Shown here piece after piece: positions 18,476-27,764 of a stretch of 64,000 bases of DNA. The stretch lies in NCBI GenBank assembly GCA_027021705.1, contig JALUTT010000145.1, positions 32,001 to 96,000 of the forward strand, in the 5' to 3' direction. Position 1 is the stretch's first letter. Each line of letters opens with the position of its first letter. Below the pieces are notes generated by a model that saw nothing but the letters and a program-made list of their open reading frames with translations, was not told the origin of the DNA and did not search any database. Made by a program: the position numbers and the translations under genes. The DNA is from Anaerolineae bacterium (GTDB taxonomy: Bacteria > Chloroflexota > Anaerolineae > S140-20).

Positions 18476-19335
18476 CGCGCGTACAGGGCGAGCAGCGTGG
18501 CGACGAAGAGGGTGACGGCGATGTAGCCGTTGACGTTGAAGAAGGCGACGTTCACCCGGGAGAGGTCGGTGGGCGAGACCAGGGAGTGCTCGTAGATGAG
18601 CAGGCCGGCGGTGATGGCCAGCCCCAGCCAGTAGGGCCAGCCCAGCCCCACGCTCCGGCCGACGGCGGCCAGGAAGCCGACGGTCAGGAGGTGGTTGGCC
18701 CGGGCCAGGCGCAGGGCGACGGCGTTGCCGAAGCGGGCCGGCACGGCGTGGAGCCCTTCGGCCCGGTCGAATTCGGTGTCCTGGCAGGCGTAGATGAGGT
18801 CGAAGCCGGCGATCCAGAAGGTGACGGCAGCCAGGAGGAGCCAGGCGGGGCGGTCGGCCGGCGTGAAGAGGCTGGCCCGCACGGCGACCCAGGCCCCCAT
18901 CGGGGCCAGCCCATCGGTGAAGCCCAGCACCCAGTGGCTGAGCCAGGTGAAGCGCTTGGTGAAGCTGTAGCCGACGAGGAAGAGCAGCGCTCCCGGCAGC
19001 AGCTTCAGGGCCAGCGGGTTGAGCTGCCAGGCGGCGATGGTCAGGACGACGGCGGCGACGAGGCCATAGGCCAGCGTTGCCCGGGGGGAGAGCCGGCCGC
19101 TGGGGATGGGGCGGTGGGCCGTGCGGGGGTTACGGGCGTCGTAGACCCGGTCGGCCCAGCGGTTGACGGCGAAGGCGACCGTCCGGGCCGCGGCCATCGC
19201 CACGGTGATCCAGAAAAAGTGGCGTAGGGAAGGCCAGCCTCCGGCGGCCAGCACCATCCCTAGGTAGGCGAAGGGCAGGGCGAAGACGGTGTGCTCGAAG
19301 CGGATGGTCTCCAGGAAGAGGCGGAGGGAGGTCAT
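18472..19335 (-). CDS. mqnP: UbiA-family prenyltransferase (MqnP-like)
   Basis: IRFEHTVFALPFA, NRWADRVYDARNPRT..RPIP, YSFTKRFT, GFDLIYACQD..FD, AFFNVNG. Confidence 0.85.
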   Translation of the reverse strand: MTSLRLFLETIRFEHTVFALPFAYLGMVLAAGGWPSLRHFFWITVAMAAARTVAFAVNRWADRVYDARNPRTAHRPIPSGRLSPRATLAYGLVAAVVLTIAAWQLNPLALKLLPGALLFLVGYSFTKRFTWLSHWVLGFTDGLAPMGAWVAVRASLFTPADRPAWLLLAAVTFWIAGFDLIYACQDTEFDRAEGLHAVPARFGNAVALRLARANHLLTVGFLAAVGRSVGLGWPYWLGLAITAGLLIYEHSLVSPTDLSRVNVAFFNVNGYIAVTLFVATLLALYAR

Positions 19336-20807
19336 CGGATGCCGTACTCGTCCCAGCGTCGGTCTACCAGTGCCTTGATCTCAGGGCTCATCACGATCTC
19401 GTCGGGCCAGCCGCGCTTGTGGCCGTCCTCAGGGCCCTTGGCGGTCGCGTCCACGCCGATCTTGCCGCCGTAGGAGTGGCGGACGGCGCTGTGGTCCAGA
19501 TGGTCCACCGGCCCCTCCACGATGACCACATCCCGACGCCAGTCCACGTTGCCCAGGACCCGCCAGGCGACTTCGGAGAGGTCGTGGACGTTGACGTCGT
19601 GGTCCACGACGACGATGGCCTTGGCCAGCATCATCAGCCCCAGCCCCCACAGGCCGTGGATCACCTTGCGGGGGTGGCCGGGGTAGCGCTTCCTGATGCT
19701 GACGATGACCAGGTTGTGGAAGACGCCCTCGGCGGGCATGTTCACGTCCACAATCTCGCCGAGGAATAGGCGCATCAGGGGTAGGAAGAGCCGTTCGGTG
19801 GCCTTGCCCATCCAGTAGTCCTCCATCGGCGGGCGGCCGACGACGGTGGTGGGGTAGATGGGCTCCCGGCGGTGGGTGACGGCGGTGACGTGGAAGACGG
19901 GGAAGGGCTCGGCCGGCGTGTAGAAGCCGGTGTGGTCGCCGAAGGGGCCTTCGAGCCGGTGTTCGTGGGGGTCCACGTAGCCCTCGATGACGATCTCGGC
20001 GTCGGCGGGCACCTCCAGCGGCTGGGTGACGCAACGCACCAGGTGGACGGGCCGGCCCCGCAGCCAGCCGGCCAGGAGGTACTCGTCCACGTCGGGGGGG
20101 AGGGGGGCCGAGGCGCACCAGATCTCGGCGGGGTCGCCGCCCAGGACGACGGCGGCCGGGATGTGCTCGACACCTCGCTCCCGGGCCACTCGTTCGTGCT
20201 CCGCGCCCCCTTTGTGGCGCTGCCAGTGCATCCCCAGCAGGGGAGGGCGGCCCGGTGCCCCGGCGTCGAAGAGCTGGAGGCGGTACATCCCGACGTTGCG
20301 CCGACCGGTGACCGGGTCGCGGGTGACCACCTGGGGGAGGGTGATGTAGCGGCCGGCATCCCCGGGCCAGCACTTGAGGATGGGGAGCCAGTCCAGGGTG
20401 GGGTTCTCCGTCTCGACGACCTCCTGACAGGGGCCGGATTTCACGATGCGGGGGCCGATGCGGGCCACATCCAGCATCTCCAGCCCCCGGCGCAGCTTCT
20501 CCCCCAGGGTGCGGGGCATCGTCAGGTCCAGCACCTTCTCCAGGTTCCGGCCCAGGTCGTCCAGCGCCTCGACGCCCAGGGCCCAGGCCATCCGCCGGGC
20601 GGAGCCGAAGGCGTTGATGAGGAGGGGGACGGTGGAGCCGGTGACCTGCTCGAAGAGGAGCGCCTTGTTCTGGGCCGGCGGCCCCTTGACCACCCGGTCG
20701 GCGATCTCGGTGATCTCCAGTTCGGGGCTGACGGGAACCCGGACGCGCACCAGTTGGTCGCGCTCCTCCAGGAGCCGGATGAACTCACGAAGGTCTTTGA
20801 AGGCCAT
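19332..20807 (-). CDS. mqnL: UbiD-family menaquinone biosynthesis decarboxylase (MqnL-like)
   Basis: LEITEIADR, RNVGMYRLQ, MHWQRHKGG, EGPFGDHTGFY, GRPPMED, GPVDHLDH, GVDATAK. Confidence 0.85.
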   Translation of the reverse strand: MAFKDLREFIRLLEERDQLVRVRVPVSPELEITEIADRVVKGPPAQNKALLFEQVTGSTVPLLINAFGSARRMAWALGVEALDDLGRNLEKVLDLTMPRTLGEKLRRGLEMLDVARIGPRIVKSGPCQEVVETENPTLDWLPILKCWPGDAGRYITLPQVVTRDPVTGRRNVGMYRLQLFDAGAPGRPPLLGMHWQRHKGGAEHERVARERGVEHIPAAVVLGGDPAEIWCASAPLPPDVDEYLLAGWLRGRPVHLVRCVTQPLEVPADAEIVIEGYVDPHEHRLEGPFGDHTGFYTPAEPFPVFHVTAVTHRREPIYPTTVVGRPPMEDYWMGKATERLFLPLMRLFLGEIVDVNMPAEGVFHNLVIVSIRKRYPGHPRKVIHGLWGLGLMMLAKAIVVVDHDVNVHDLSEVAWRVLGNVDWRRDVVIVEGPVDHLDHSAVRHSYGGKIGVDATAKGPEDGHKRGWPDEIVMSPEIKALVDRRWDEYGIR

Positions 20808-20816
20808 CGTTGGGGC

Positions 20817-21077
20817 TTATCCGCCGATTGCCTGCACGGCTGAGTACTGAGGCACGGCCAGGTAGCGCTCAGGGCGGTGGCGGTGGTATTCGCTCAGGAA
20901 CTGGTCCAGTTTCTCCGAGATGTTCGCTGAGATATATGCCTCCCCACATTGCTCGCAGACATCGGCCGGGACATCGCGGATGATGATGAGGTCTTCCCCG
21001 CGCCAAATTTCCAGTGTCGTCGTTCCGGGCCCTAGTTCTCCTCCACAAAGGTCGCAGCGATCCAGGTGTTCGTTCAT
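20817..21077 (-). CDS. YgiT/MqsA-type zinc-finger protein (antitoxin-like)
   Basis: CDLCGG...IIRDVPADVCEQCGEAY. Confidence 0.85.
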   Translation of the reverse strand: MNEHLDRCDLCGGELGPGTTTLEIWRGEDLIIIRDVPADVCEQCGEAYISANISEKLDQFLSEYHRHRPERYLAVPQYSAVQAIGG

Positions 21078-21116
21078 TTTTGCACCTTCCGTGTCTTGTA
21101 ATCGCTTTCCCATAGC
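21074..21116 (-). pseudogene. C-terminal remnant of a DUF4258-like toxin
   Basis: LWESDYKTRKVQK* overlaps the YgiT start as ATGA. It resembles the W.DYRRRR tail of the intact pair at 31917-32237. Confidence 0.5.
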
Positions 21117-21134
21117 CTGTCAGAAGAGGCTTGC

Positions 21135-22361
21135 TCATTGCTTCTCGTAAGGCTTGCCGATGGCCGCCGGCGGGATGGAGCGCCCGATGACGCCGGCCAG
21201 GACGATGACGGTGAGCACATAGGGGACCATCTGGAGGAACTCGGCGGGGATGCCCACCCCCAGGATCTGCATCTTGTCCTGGAGGGCATCGGCGAAGCCG
21301 AAGAGCATCCCGGCTCCCAGCCCACCCAACGCCGTCCACTTGCCGAAGATGAGGGCGGCCAGCGCGACGAAGCCCTTGCCGTTGGTCATCGCGTCCTCGA
21401 AGCGGCCCACCTCGCCCAGGGAGAAGTAGGCCCCACCGATGCCGGCGATCAGCCCGCCGATGAGGACGTTGATGTAGCGGGTGCGGTTGACGTGGACGCC
21501 CAAGGTGTCGGCGGCCTGGGGATGCTCGCCCACCGCCCGCGTGCGCAGCCCCCACCGGGTGTGAAAGAGGACGACGTGGACGATGACCACCAGCACCATC
21601 ATCAGGTAGACCGTCGGCTGGTGCAGGAAGAAGATGGGGCCGATGAAGGGAATCTTGGAGAGGCCGGGGATGGCGAAGGCGGTGAAGGTTCCCGGCGCGT
21701 TGTGGCCGCTGGGCGTCAGCAGCCGGACGTTGAGGTAGCGGGTCGCCCCCACGGCCAGGATGTTGATGACGGTGCCGCTGATGATCTGGTCCACCTTGTA
21801 GCGGATGGAGAGGACGGCGTGCAGGGCGGCCATCAGGGCGCTGACCAGCATGGCCGCGCCGACGCCCACCCAGTGGCTGCCGCTGAGGGAGGCGGCGGCG
21901 ACGGCGGTGAAAGCTCCGGTGAGCATCATCCCTTCAATGGCGATGTTGATGACGCCGGAACGCTCGCACCAGAGGCCGCTGAGGGCTCCCAGCACCAAGG
22001 GGGTGGACCGCACGATGGACTCGCGAAGCATCCCCAGCAGGCTCAGGCTCCGCCCCCGGGTGAGCCAGACCAGGAAGGCGCTCACGATGAAGAGGGAGAC
22101 CAGCCCCAGCAGCAGGTCGCTCCAGCGGTCTCCCTTGGCCCACTGAACGCCGGCGGCGAAGAGGGAGAGCAGGGCCAGGACGTAGAGGGCGGCCCGGGTG
22201 GGCAGGGTGACCAGCGGAGTGTCGGCGTCGAATTGGGTGAAGGCGGAGCGGTGGGCCGGCGTCACCGTCAACGCGGTCACCAGCAGGATGATGATCCCGC
22301 CGGCCAGGAAGAGCAGGCTCAGCAGTCGCTCGCGGGGGATCCCCTTGGATGTTGGACTCAC
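21135..22361 (-). CDS. Nucleoside/simple-sugar (CUT2) ABC permease, NupC-like, copy 2
   Basis: ERSGVINIAIEGMML, GLRTRAVGEHP.AADTLG, GFVALAALIFGKW, PAAIGKPY. Confidence 0.9.
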   Translation of the reverse strand: MSPTSKGIPRERLLSLLFLAGGIIILLVTALTVTPAHRSAFTQFDADTPLVTLPTRAALYVLALLSLFAAGVQWAKGDRWSDLLLGLVSLFIVSAFLVWLTRGRSLSLLGMLRESIVRSTPLVLGALSGLWCERSGVINIAIEGMMLTGAFTAVAAASLSGSHWVGVGAAMLVSALMAALHAVLSIRYKVDQIISGTVINILAVGATRYLNVRLLTPSGHNAPGTFTAFAIPGLSKIPFIGPIFFLHQPTVYLMMVLVVIVHVVLFHTRWGLRTRAVGEHPQAADTLGVHVNRTRYINVLIGGLIAGIGGAYFSLGEVGRFEDAMTNGKGFVALAALIFGKWTALGGLGAGMLFGFADALQDKMQILGVGIPAEFLQMVPYVLTVIVLAGVIGRSIPPAAIGKPYEKQ

Positions 22362-22456
22362 TTCGGCATATCTCCTTGCTTCTGACCTTGAGCTTCGCCT
22401 CAGGCGACCGTCTCCTTCCGGGTTCCGTCTGGGACAAAGGCACCAGGATGCCTTGG

Positions 22457-22693
22457 CTATTTGGGGGGCGGAGCTACCAGGATTCTTGCCTGGACCGATT
22501 CCAGGAAGAAATCCCGCAGGAACGTGCTCGCGTTCAAAATCTCGATGCCAATGAGTTCGCCTCGATCGTTCAACTCGGCGGTCACGTTGGGATGGATTTC
22601 GACGCTGCCCGCTTCTGGTTCATCGGAGAAAGCGAGGTGCAGGACATCCTCTTGCTCAAAATACACCATCCGGGTCGTCCTCTTGTCGCTCAT
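22457..22693 (-). CDS. DUF2283-family protein (antitoxin-like)
   Basis: YFEQEDVLHLAF...SVEIHPNVTAELNDRGELIGIEILNAS. GAGG upstream of ATG 22693. Confidence 0.8.
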   Translation of the reverse strand: MSDKRTTRMVYFEQEDVLHLAFSDEPEAGSVEIHPNVTAELNDRGELIGIEILNASTFLRDFFLESVQARILVAPPPK

Positions 22694-22715
22694 GCAAGTA
22701 CCTCTGATTTCAAAC

Positions 22716-23606
22716 GAGTGTGACCAAAATGGGTTGGAGGCGGTAGAAGCGCAACGCCCCTGCATCTTTACCCCAGCAGCTTCCGGTCACGCTCGGTTCA
22801 AAAGCCCCCGGAATCACTGACGCACTGAGGGAAGTGAAGACACTGAACCGTCATCCCCCATCCGTTCAATCCGTTCCCCAATCCGTTGACAGCTCGTCCG
22901 CTCCGGCCACGGCGGGAGACACGAAGGACACCAAGAGCTCAAAGAGCACGAAGCGGTGCGAAGGTCTGGACAAGCCCTCTTGGGGGCACCACCCCCCCAT
23001 CCGTTCCCAATCCGTTCAATCCGTTCCCAATCCGTTGACAGCTATCCGTTCCCCAATCCGTTGACAGCTCGTCCGCTCCGGCCACGGCGGGAGACACGAA
23101 GGACACCAAGAGCTCAAAGAGCACGAAGCGGTGCGAAGGTCTGGACAAACCCTCTTGGGGGCACCACCCCCCCATCCGTTCCCAATCCGTTCAATCCGTT
23201 CCCAATCCGTTGACAGCTATCCGTTCCCCAATCCGTTGACAGCTCGTCCGCTCCGGCCACGGCGGGAGACACGAAGGACACCAAGAGCTCAAAGAGCACG
23301 AAGCGGTGCGAAGGTCTGGACAAACCCTCTTGGGAGCACCAACCCCCCATCCGCTCCAAATCCGTTCAATCCGTTCCCAATCCGTTGACAGCTATCCGTT
23401 CCCCAATCCGTTGACAGCTTGTCCGTCCGCCAACCAAGCCCTCAGAATCACTGACGCACTGAGGGAGATGAAGACACTGAGCCTTGTGCAGGGCGGCCCA
23501 GGTCGTCGGCAAGGCCGTGACCCGACGGTGGGGAGGGGGCACACAACCCCTCAGTGAGCTCATTTCTTTCAGTTGCTCAGTGATTCAACGGCTTTTGGTC
23601 ACGCTC
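22716..23606. mobile_element. 891-bp composite non-autonomous element, copy 2 (three 175-bp units)
   Basis: Same TIRs as 8463-9003. Perfect 9-bp duplication ATTTCAAAC at 22707-22715 and 23607-23615. Interrupts a DUF86-like frame. Confidence 0.92.
22869..23419 (+). repeat. 175-bp tandem repeat (three units plus a partial)
   Basis: ATCCGTTCCCCAATCCGTTGACAGCT recurs at 22869, 23044, 23219 and 23394, with near-identical intervening sequence. Confidence 0.95.
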
Positions 23607-23743
23607 ATTTCAAACTTCCTCACGACAGCGCTTGCCGTCTTGTCATCTGCGCAAAATGTCTCAAAATCCATTCCCTCTACAAATGTCTCGATGCTCTCCA
23701 TGGCGGCTAGGATGTCCTTCAGGTACAATCGGTAGTCTCTCAT
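23607..23743 (-). pseudogene. N-terminal fragment of HepT/DUF86 (HEPN) toxin
   Basis: MRDYRLYLKDILAAMESIETFVEGMDFETFCADDKTASAVVRKFE. The expected IGEA segment and Rx4H region are absent. It is preceded by an MntA-like tail VLSEVVPI* overlapping as ATGA. Confidence 0.8.
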
Positions 23744-23783
23744 ATCGGTACGACCTCCGACAGTACCCCCAAACCGTCCTTTG

Positions 23784-24986
23784 CTACGCTCCCCACCCCC
23801 GGCTGAAGACGACTTCCTCTTCCTCGACCCGCCGGGGCGGGCGCAGGCGGAAGAGCCCTCGGATGATGGCAGGGGCGGCAATGAAGATGATGACCATCGC
23901 CTGGACGATCTGGACGATCTCGATGGGGATGGAGGCGACGGACTGCATCCGGGTGCCGCCGGCCCGCAGGAAGCCGAAGAGCAGCGCGGCCAGGGTGACG
24001 CCCAGGGGGTGGCTCTTGCCCAGCAGGGCCAGGGCGATGCTGTCGAAGCCGTAGCCGGCCGAGAAGCCCAGCGCCATGTTGTGGGTCACGCCCAGCACCT
24101 GGACGGCACCCGCCATCCCCGCCAGCGCTCCGCTCAGGAACATGGCCAGGACGAAGCTGCGGGCGACGTTGATGCCCCCGTAGCGGGCTGCGTTGGGGTT
24201 GGCCCCCACCGTCCGCAGCTCGAAGCCCCACACCGTCTTCCAGAGGAACCACCAGACGAAGAAGGCGGCTGCCAGGGCGATGAAGAAGCCGGCGTGGAAG
24301 CGGATGGGGTGGGGCAGGAAACGGGGCAGGACGGCCGTGGGGGCGATCTCCGGCGTGCGGGCGGTTCCCTTCATCCCCTCCATCGGCCCGTTGAGGAGCC
24401 ACTCGCTCAGCTTGAAGGCGATGTAGTTGAACATAATGGTGTTGATCACCTCGTGGGCTCCGGTGCGGGCCTTCAGGTAGCCGGGGACGGCCCCCCACAG
24501 CCCGGCGCCGACGATGCCGGCCAGGAGGGCCAGGGAGACGTGGAGCAGGGCGGGGAGGCCGGTGACGGCGTAGCCCACGTAGGCGGTGCAGAGCCCACCG
24601 ATGACCAATTGGCCTTCGGCCCCGATGTTGAAGAGGCCGGCCCGGAAACCGAGGGCGACGGCCAGCCCGGCGAAGATGTAGGGCACCGAGTTGACCAGGC
24701 TCTCGCTGAAGGGGCGCAGGGCCGAATAGAGCTTGCGGGGGTTCCCACTGCTGCGCCACTCGCCGAAGGCGCTGGTGATACGGGCCGGGCTGCCAAAGGC
24801 CCCCTCGAAGAGGGTGACGTAGGCTTGCCAGGCTTTCTGGCCGGCCAGCTTGAGCACTTGGCCGGCCGGCTCTTGCCCCGTCGCCTCGATCACCTCGGGG
24901 TCGGTGACGATGACGATGAGGCCGGCGATGAGCAATGCCGTGAGGACGGCCAGGACCGGGACGGTGAAGGTCGTCAGTTTGCGCAT
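23784..24986 (-). CDS. CUT2 ABC permease, NupB-like, copy 2
   Basis: GLFNIGAEGQ, AHEVINTIM, GFELRTVGANPNAARYGG, GFDSIALALLGKSHP. Confidence 0.9.
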   Translation of the reverse strand: MRKLTTFTVPVLAVLTALLIAGLIVIVTDPEVIEATGQEPAGQVLKLAGQKAWQAYVTLFEGAFGSPARITSAFGEWRSSGNPRKLYSALRPFSESLVNSVPYIFAGLAVALGFRAGLFNIGAEGQLVIGGLCTAYVGYAVTGLPALLHVSLALLAGIVGAGLWGAVPGYLKARTGAHEVINTIMFNYIAFKLSEWLLNGPMEGMKGTARTPEIAPTAVLPRFLPHPIRFHAGFFIALAAAFFVWWFLWKTVWGFELRTVGANPNAARYGGINVARSFVLAMFLSGALAGMAGAVQVLGVTHNMALGFSAGYGFDSIALALLGKSHPLGVTLAALLFGFLRAGGTRMQSVASIPIEIVQIVQAMVIIFIAAPAIIRGLFRLRPPRRVEEEEVVFSRGWGA

Positions 24987-25020
24987 AGGCGGACTCGCAG
25001 GAACGCTTGGATGGTCTGGG

Positions 25021-26283
25021 TCAGGCTTTCTCGTAGGGTTGACCGTCGGCGGCGGGCGGGATGGCGCGGCCAACGATGCCGGCCAGCGTGATCATCGTCG
25101 CCAGGTAGGGAGCCATCAACAGGAACTCCGAGGGGATGGGGACCTTGAGGATGGCCAGCTTCGTCTGCAGGGAGTCGGCCAGGCCGAAGATGAGGGAGGC
25201 GGCGAAGCCCCCGAAGGGGTTCCACTTGCCGAAGATCATCGCGGCCAGGCCGATGAAGCCCTTGCCGGCCGTCATCACCTCGTCGAAGCGGCCCACGGAC
25301 CCCAGGGTGAAGTAGGCCCCGCCCAGGCCGGCGATGCAGCCGCCGATGATGACGTTGACGTAGCGGGTGCGGAAGACGTTGATGCCCAGCGTGTCGGCCG
25401 CCTTGGGATGCTCCCCCACCGCCCGCGTGCGCAGCCCCCAGCGGGTGTAGAAGAGCACGACGTGGGTAATGATGACCAGCAGGAGCGTCAGGTAGACGAC
25501 CAGGTTGGTGTTGAAGAAGACCGGCCCCAGCACGGGGATCTTCGCCAGCAGGGGGATGGGGACGGGGCGGAAGTTGACCGAGGCGTTGAGGCGCTCGTTG
25601 GTCGCCAGCCAGCTCGCGCTCAGAAAGCTGGTCAGCCCCACGGCGAAGATGTTGATGGCCGTGCCCGCGACGATCTGGTCTACTTTGAAACGGATGGCCA
25701 GGACGGCCAGGACGGCGGCCAGCAGGCCGCCGGTGATGAGGGCCACGATGAGCCCCAGGAGCAACCCGGTCGTCGTCCCCAGCCCCCAGATGTTCTGGGC
25801 TGCGCTGGAGACGATGACGCTGGTGAAGGCGGCGCTGAGCATCATCCCCTCGATGGCGATGTTGATGACCGCCGAGCGCTCGCACCAGACGCCGCTCAGG
25901 GCGCCCAGGGTGATGGGGGTGGCCCGCAAGAGGGTGCTGACCAACATCCCCGTCAGGCTGAAGGATTTACCCCGGGCCGCCCAGGTGAGAAAGGCGAAGA
26001 CGAAGACCAGGAGCAGCGTGCCCAGCACGGCGTTGACCGCTCTGAAGCCGCGCACGAGCTGCCAGCCGCCGACGAAGGCGCACAGCAGCCCCAGCACGTA
26101 GATGGTTGTCCGGGTCGGCAGTACCAAGTCGGGCACCGGGATGGGCGGCGTCTTGGTCACGAGGTTGAGCACGAAGGTCGAGCGCTGGTCGGGGGCCGCA
26201 TCCGGTCCGAAAAGGTAGATGATCGCAATGCCGATGAGGGCGAAGACCACCCCCATCGCCCGGTCACGGCGCTTCGTAGGCAT
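25021..26283 (-). CDS. CUT2 ABC permease, NupC-like, copy 1
   Basis: ERSAVINIAIEGMML, GLRTRAVGEHP, GFIGLAAMIFGKWNP. Paralogous to 21135-22361. Confidence 0.9.
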   Translation of the reverse strand: MPTKRRDRAMGVVFALIGIAIIYLFGPDAAPDQRSTFVLNLVTKTPPIPVPDLVLPTRTTIYVLGLLCAFVGGWQLVRGFRAVNAVLGTLLLVFVFAFLTWAARGKSFSLTGMLVSTLLRATPITLGALSGVWCERSAVINIAIEGMMLSAAFTSVIVSSAAQNIWGLGTTTGLLLGLIVALITGGLLAAVLAVLAIRFKVDQIVAGTAINIFAVGLTSFLSASWLATNERLNASVNFRPVPIPLLAKIPVLGPVFFNTNLVVYLTLLLVIITHVVLFYTRWGLRTRAVGEHPKAADTLGINVFRTRYVNVIIGGCIAGLGGAYFTLGSVGRFDEVMTAGKGFIGLAAMIFGKWNPFGGFAASLIFGLADSLQTKLAILKVPIPSEFLLMAPYLATMITLAGIVGRAIPPAADGQPYEKA

Positions 26284-26303
26284 TCTCGTTCCTTAACGTT
26301 CCT

Positions 26304-26419
26304 GTAACTGTTCGCCCTCCCGCAGGTTAGGCGCGTTTCCGCCGCGAAACCGTGCTTCCAATAGCCCATCGGGGCTGCAAGCACCCTCGACCGGTGACCT
26401 GCGGGAGGGTAGGCTGAAT
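26304..26419 (+). mobile_element. 122-bp MITE, copy 2 (right end eroded, no TSD seen)
   Basis: GTAACTGTTCGCCCTCCCGCAGG...GGGAGGGTAGGCTGAAT abuts the permease stop codon. Confidence 0.85.
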
Positions 26420-27694
26420 TTATGCTCCCCATCCCCGGGTGAAAACCGGTCCGACCTCTTCCCGCTCTTCCCGCAGCCGGTAGAGCCAGCGGATGATGGC
26501 CGGCGCGGCGACGAAGACGATGACCATCGCCTGAACGATCTGGATGATGTCAATGGGGATGCGGGCGCTGGACTGCATACGGATGGCTCCGGCCCGCAGG
26601 AAACCCCACAGCAGGGAGGCCAGGACCACGCCCAGAGGGTGGCTCTTGCCCAGCAGGGCCAGGGCGATGCTGTCGAAGCCATAGCCGGAGGAGAAGGCCT
26701 GGGCCATAAAGTGGTTCACCCCCAGCACCTCGTTGGTGCCGGCCAATCCGGCCAGCGCCCCGCTCAGGGCCATCGCCAGGACGAAGTTGCGGGTCACGCT
26801 CATCCCGGCGTAGCGGGCCGCGTTGGGGTTGGCCCCCACGGTCCGAATCTCGAAGCCCAGCGTTGTCTTCCACAGGAACCAGTAGACCAGCCAGGCCACC
26901 CCTAGGGCGACGAAGAAGCCGGCGTGGAAGCGCAATGGGTCGGGGAAGAAGCGGGGTAGGTAGGCGCTGGGCAGGATCGGGGGGCTGACGGGGTTGAAGC
27001 CGGAGCGCTGCATCGGCCCGGTCAGCAGCCAGTCGCTGAGCCGGAAGGCGATGTAGTTCATCATAATGGTGTTGATGACCTCGTGGGCTCCCGTCTTGGC
27101 CTTCAGGTAGCCGGGGATGGCTCCCCAGACCGCCCCGCCCAGGGCGCCGGCCAGCAAGGCCAAAGGCAGGTGGAGGAGCCAGGGCAGGCCGGTGATGGTG
27201 TAACCCACCCAGGTGGAAACGAGGGCTCCGATGAAGAGCTGCCCTTCCGCCCCGATGTTGAAGAGGCCACACTGGAAGCCCAGGGCGACGGCCAGCCCGG
27301 CGAAGATGTAGGGGGTGGTGGCGACCAGGCTCTCGCTCAGGGGGTAGAGGGCCTGGAGCAGCCGAGCGTTGCCACGCCCGGCCAGCCAGTCGGCCAGCCC
27401 ACCGATCAACTCCTTCGGATTGCCGATGGAGCCCTCCAGCAGCGCCCCATAGGCGTCCAGGAGCCGGGCAGCGCTCAGGCGCAGGGCCTGACCCGGAGCC
27501 TGGAAGAAGCGCCCCCAGGCCCCCAGCACTTCGGTGTCGGAGATGAGGATGAAGATGCTGCTGATGACGAGGGCGGTGACGATGGCCAGCACGGGGATGA
27601 GGAGGGACCGGAGCCAGGCCGACCAGCGTCGAGGACGCCGGGGCACGGGCGCTTCGACCGGTTCCCTCTCAACGGCGATCTCTGCCTGGGCCAT
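26420..27694 (-). CDS. CUT2 ABC permease, NupB-like, copy 1
   Basis: GLFNIGAEGQ, AHEVINTIMMN, GFDSIALALLGKSHP. Paralogous to 23784-24986. Confidence 0.9.
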   Translation of the reverse strand: MAQAEIAVEREPVEAPVPRRPRRWSAWLRSLLIPVLAIVTALVISSIFILISDTEVLGAWGRFFQAPGQALRLSAARLLDAYGALLEGSIGNPKELIGGLADWLAGRGNARLLQALYPLSESLVATTPYIFAGLAVALGFQCGLFNIGAEGQLFIGALVSTWVGYTITGLPWLLHLPLALLAGALGGAVWGAIPGYLKAKTGAHEVINTIMMNYIAFRLSDWLLTGPMQRSGFNPVSPPILPSAYLPRFFPDPLRFHAGFFVALGVAWLVYWFLWKTTLGFEIRTVGANPNAARYAGMSVTRNFVLAMALSGALAGLAGTNEVLGVNHFMAQAFSSGYGFDSIALALLGKSHPLGVVLASLLWGFLRAGAIRMQSSARIPIDIIQIVQAMVIVFVAAPAIIRWLYRLREEREEVGPVFTRGWGA

Positions 27695-27764
27695 AATCTT
27701 CTTTGCTCCTCAGCTTGGGCTCGCTTCCCAAAAGGGCTTTTCGTCTGATCCCAGGACCAGGGTG

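Noticed and set aside
22869..23419. Possible CRISPR array (regularly spaced 26-bp repeats)
   Set aside because: The intervening ~150-bp segments are near-identical rather than unique spacers, and no cas genes are present.
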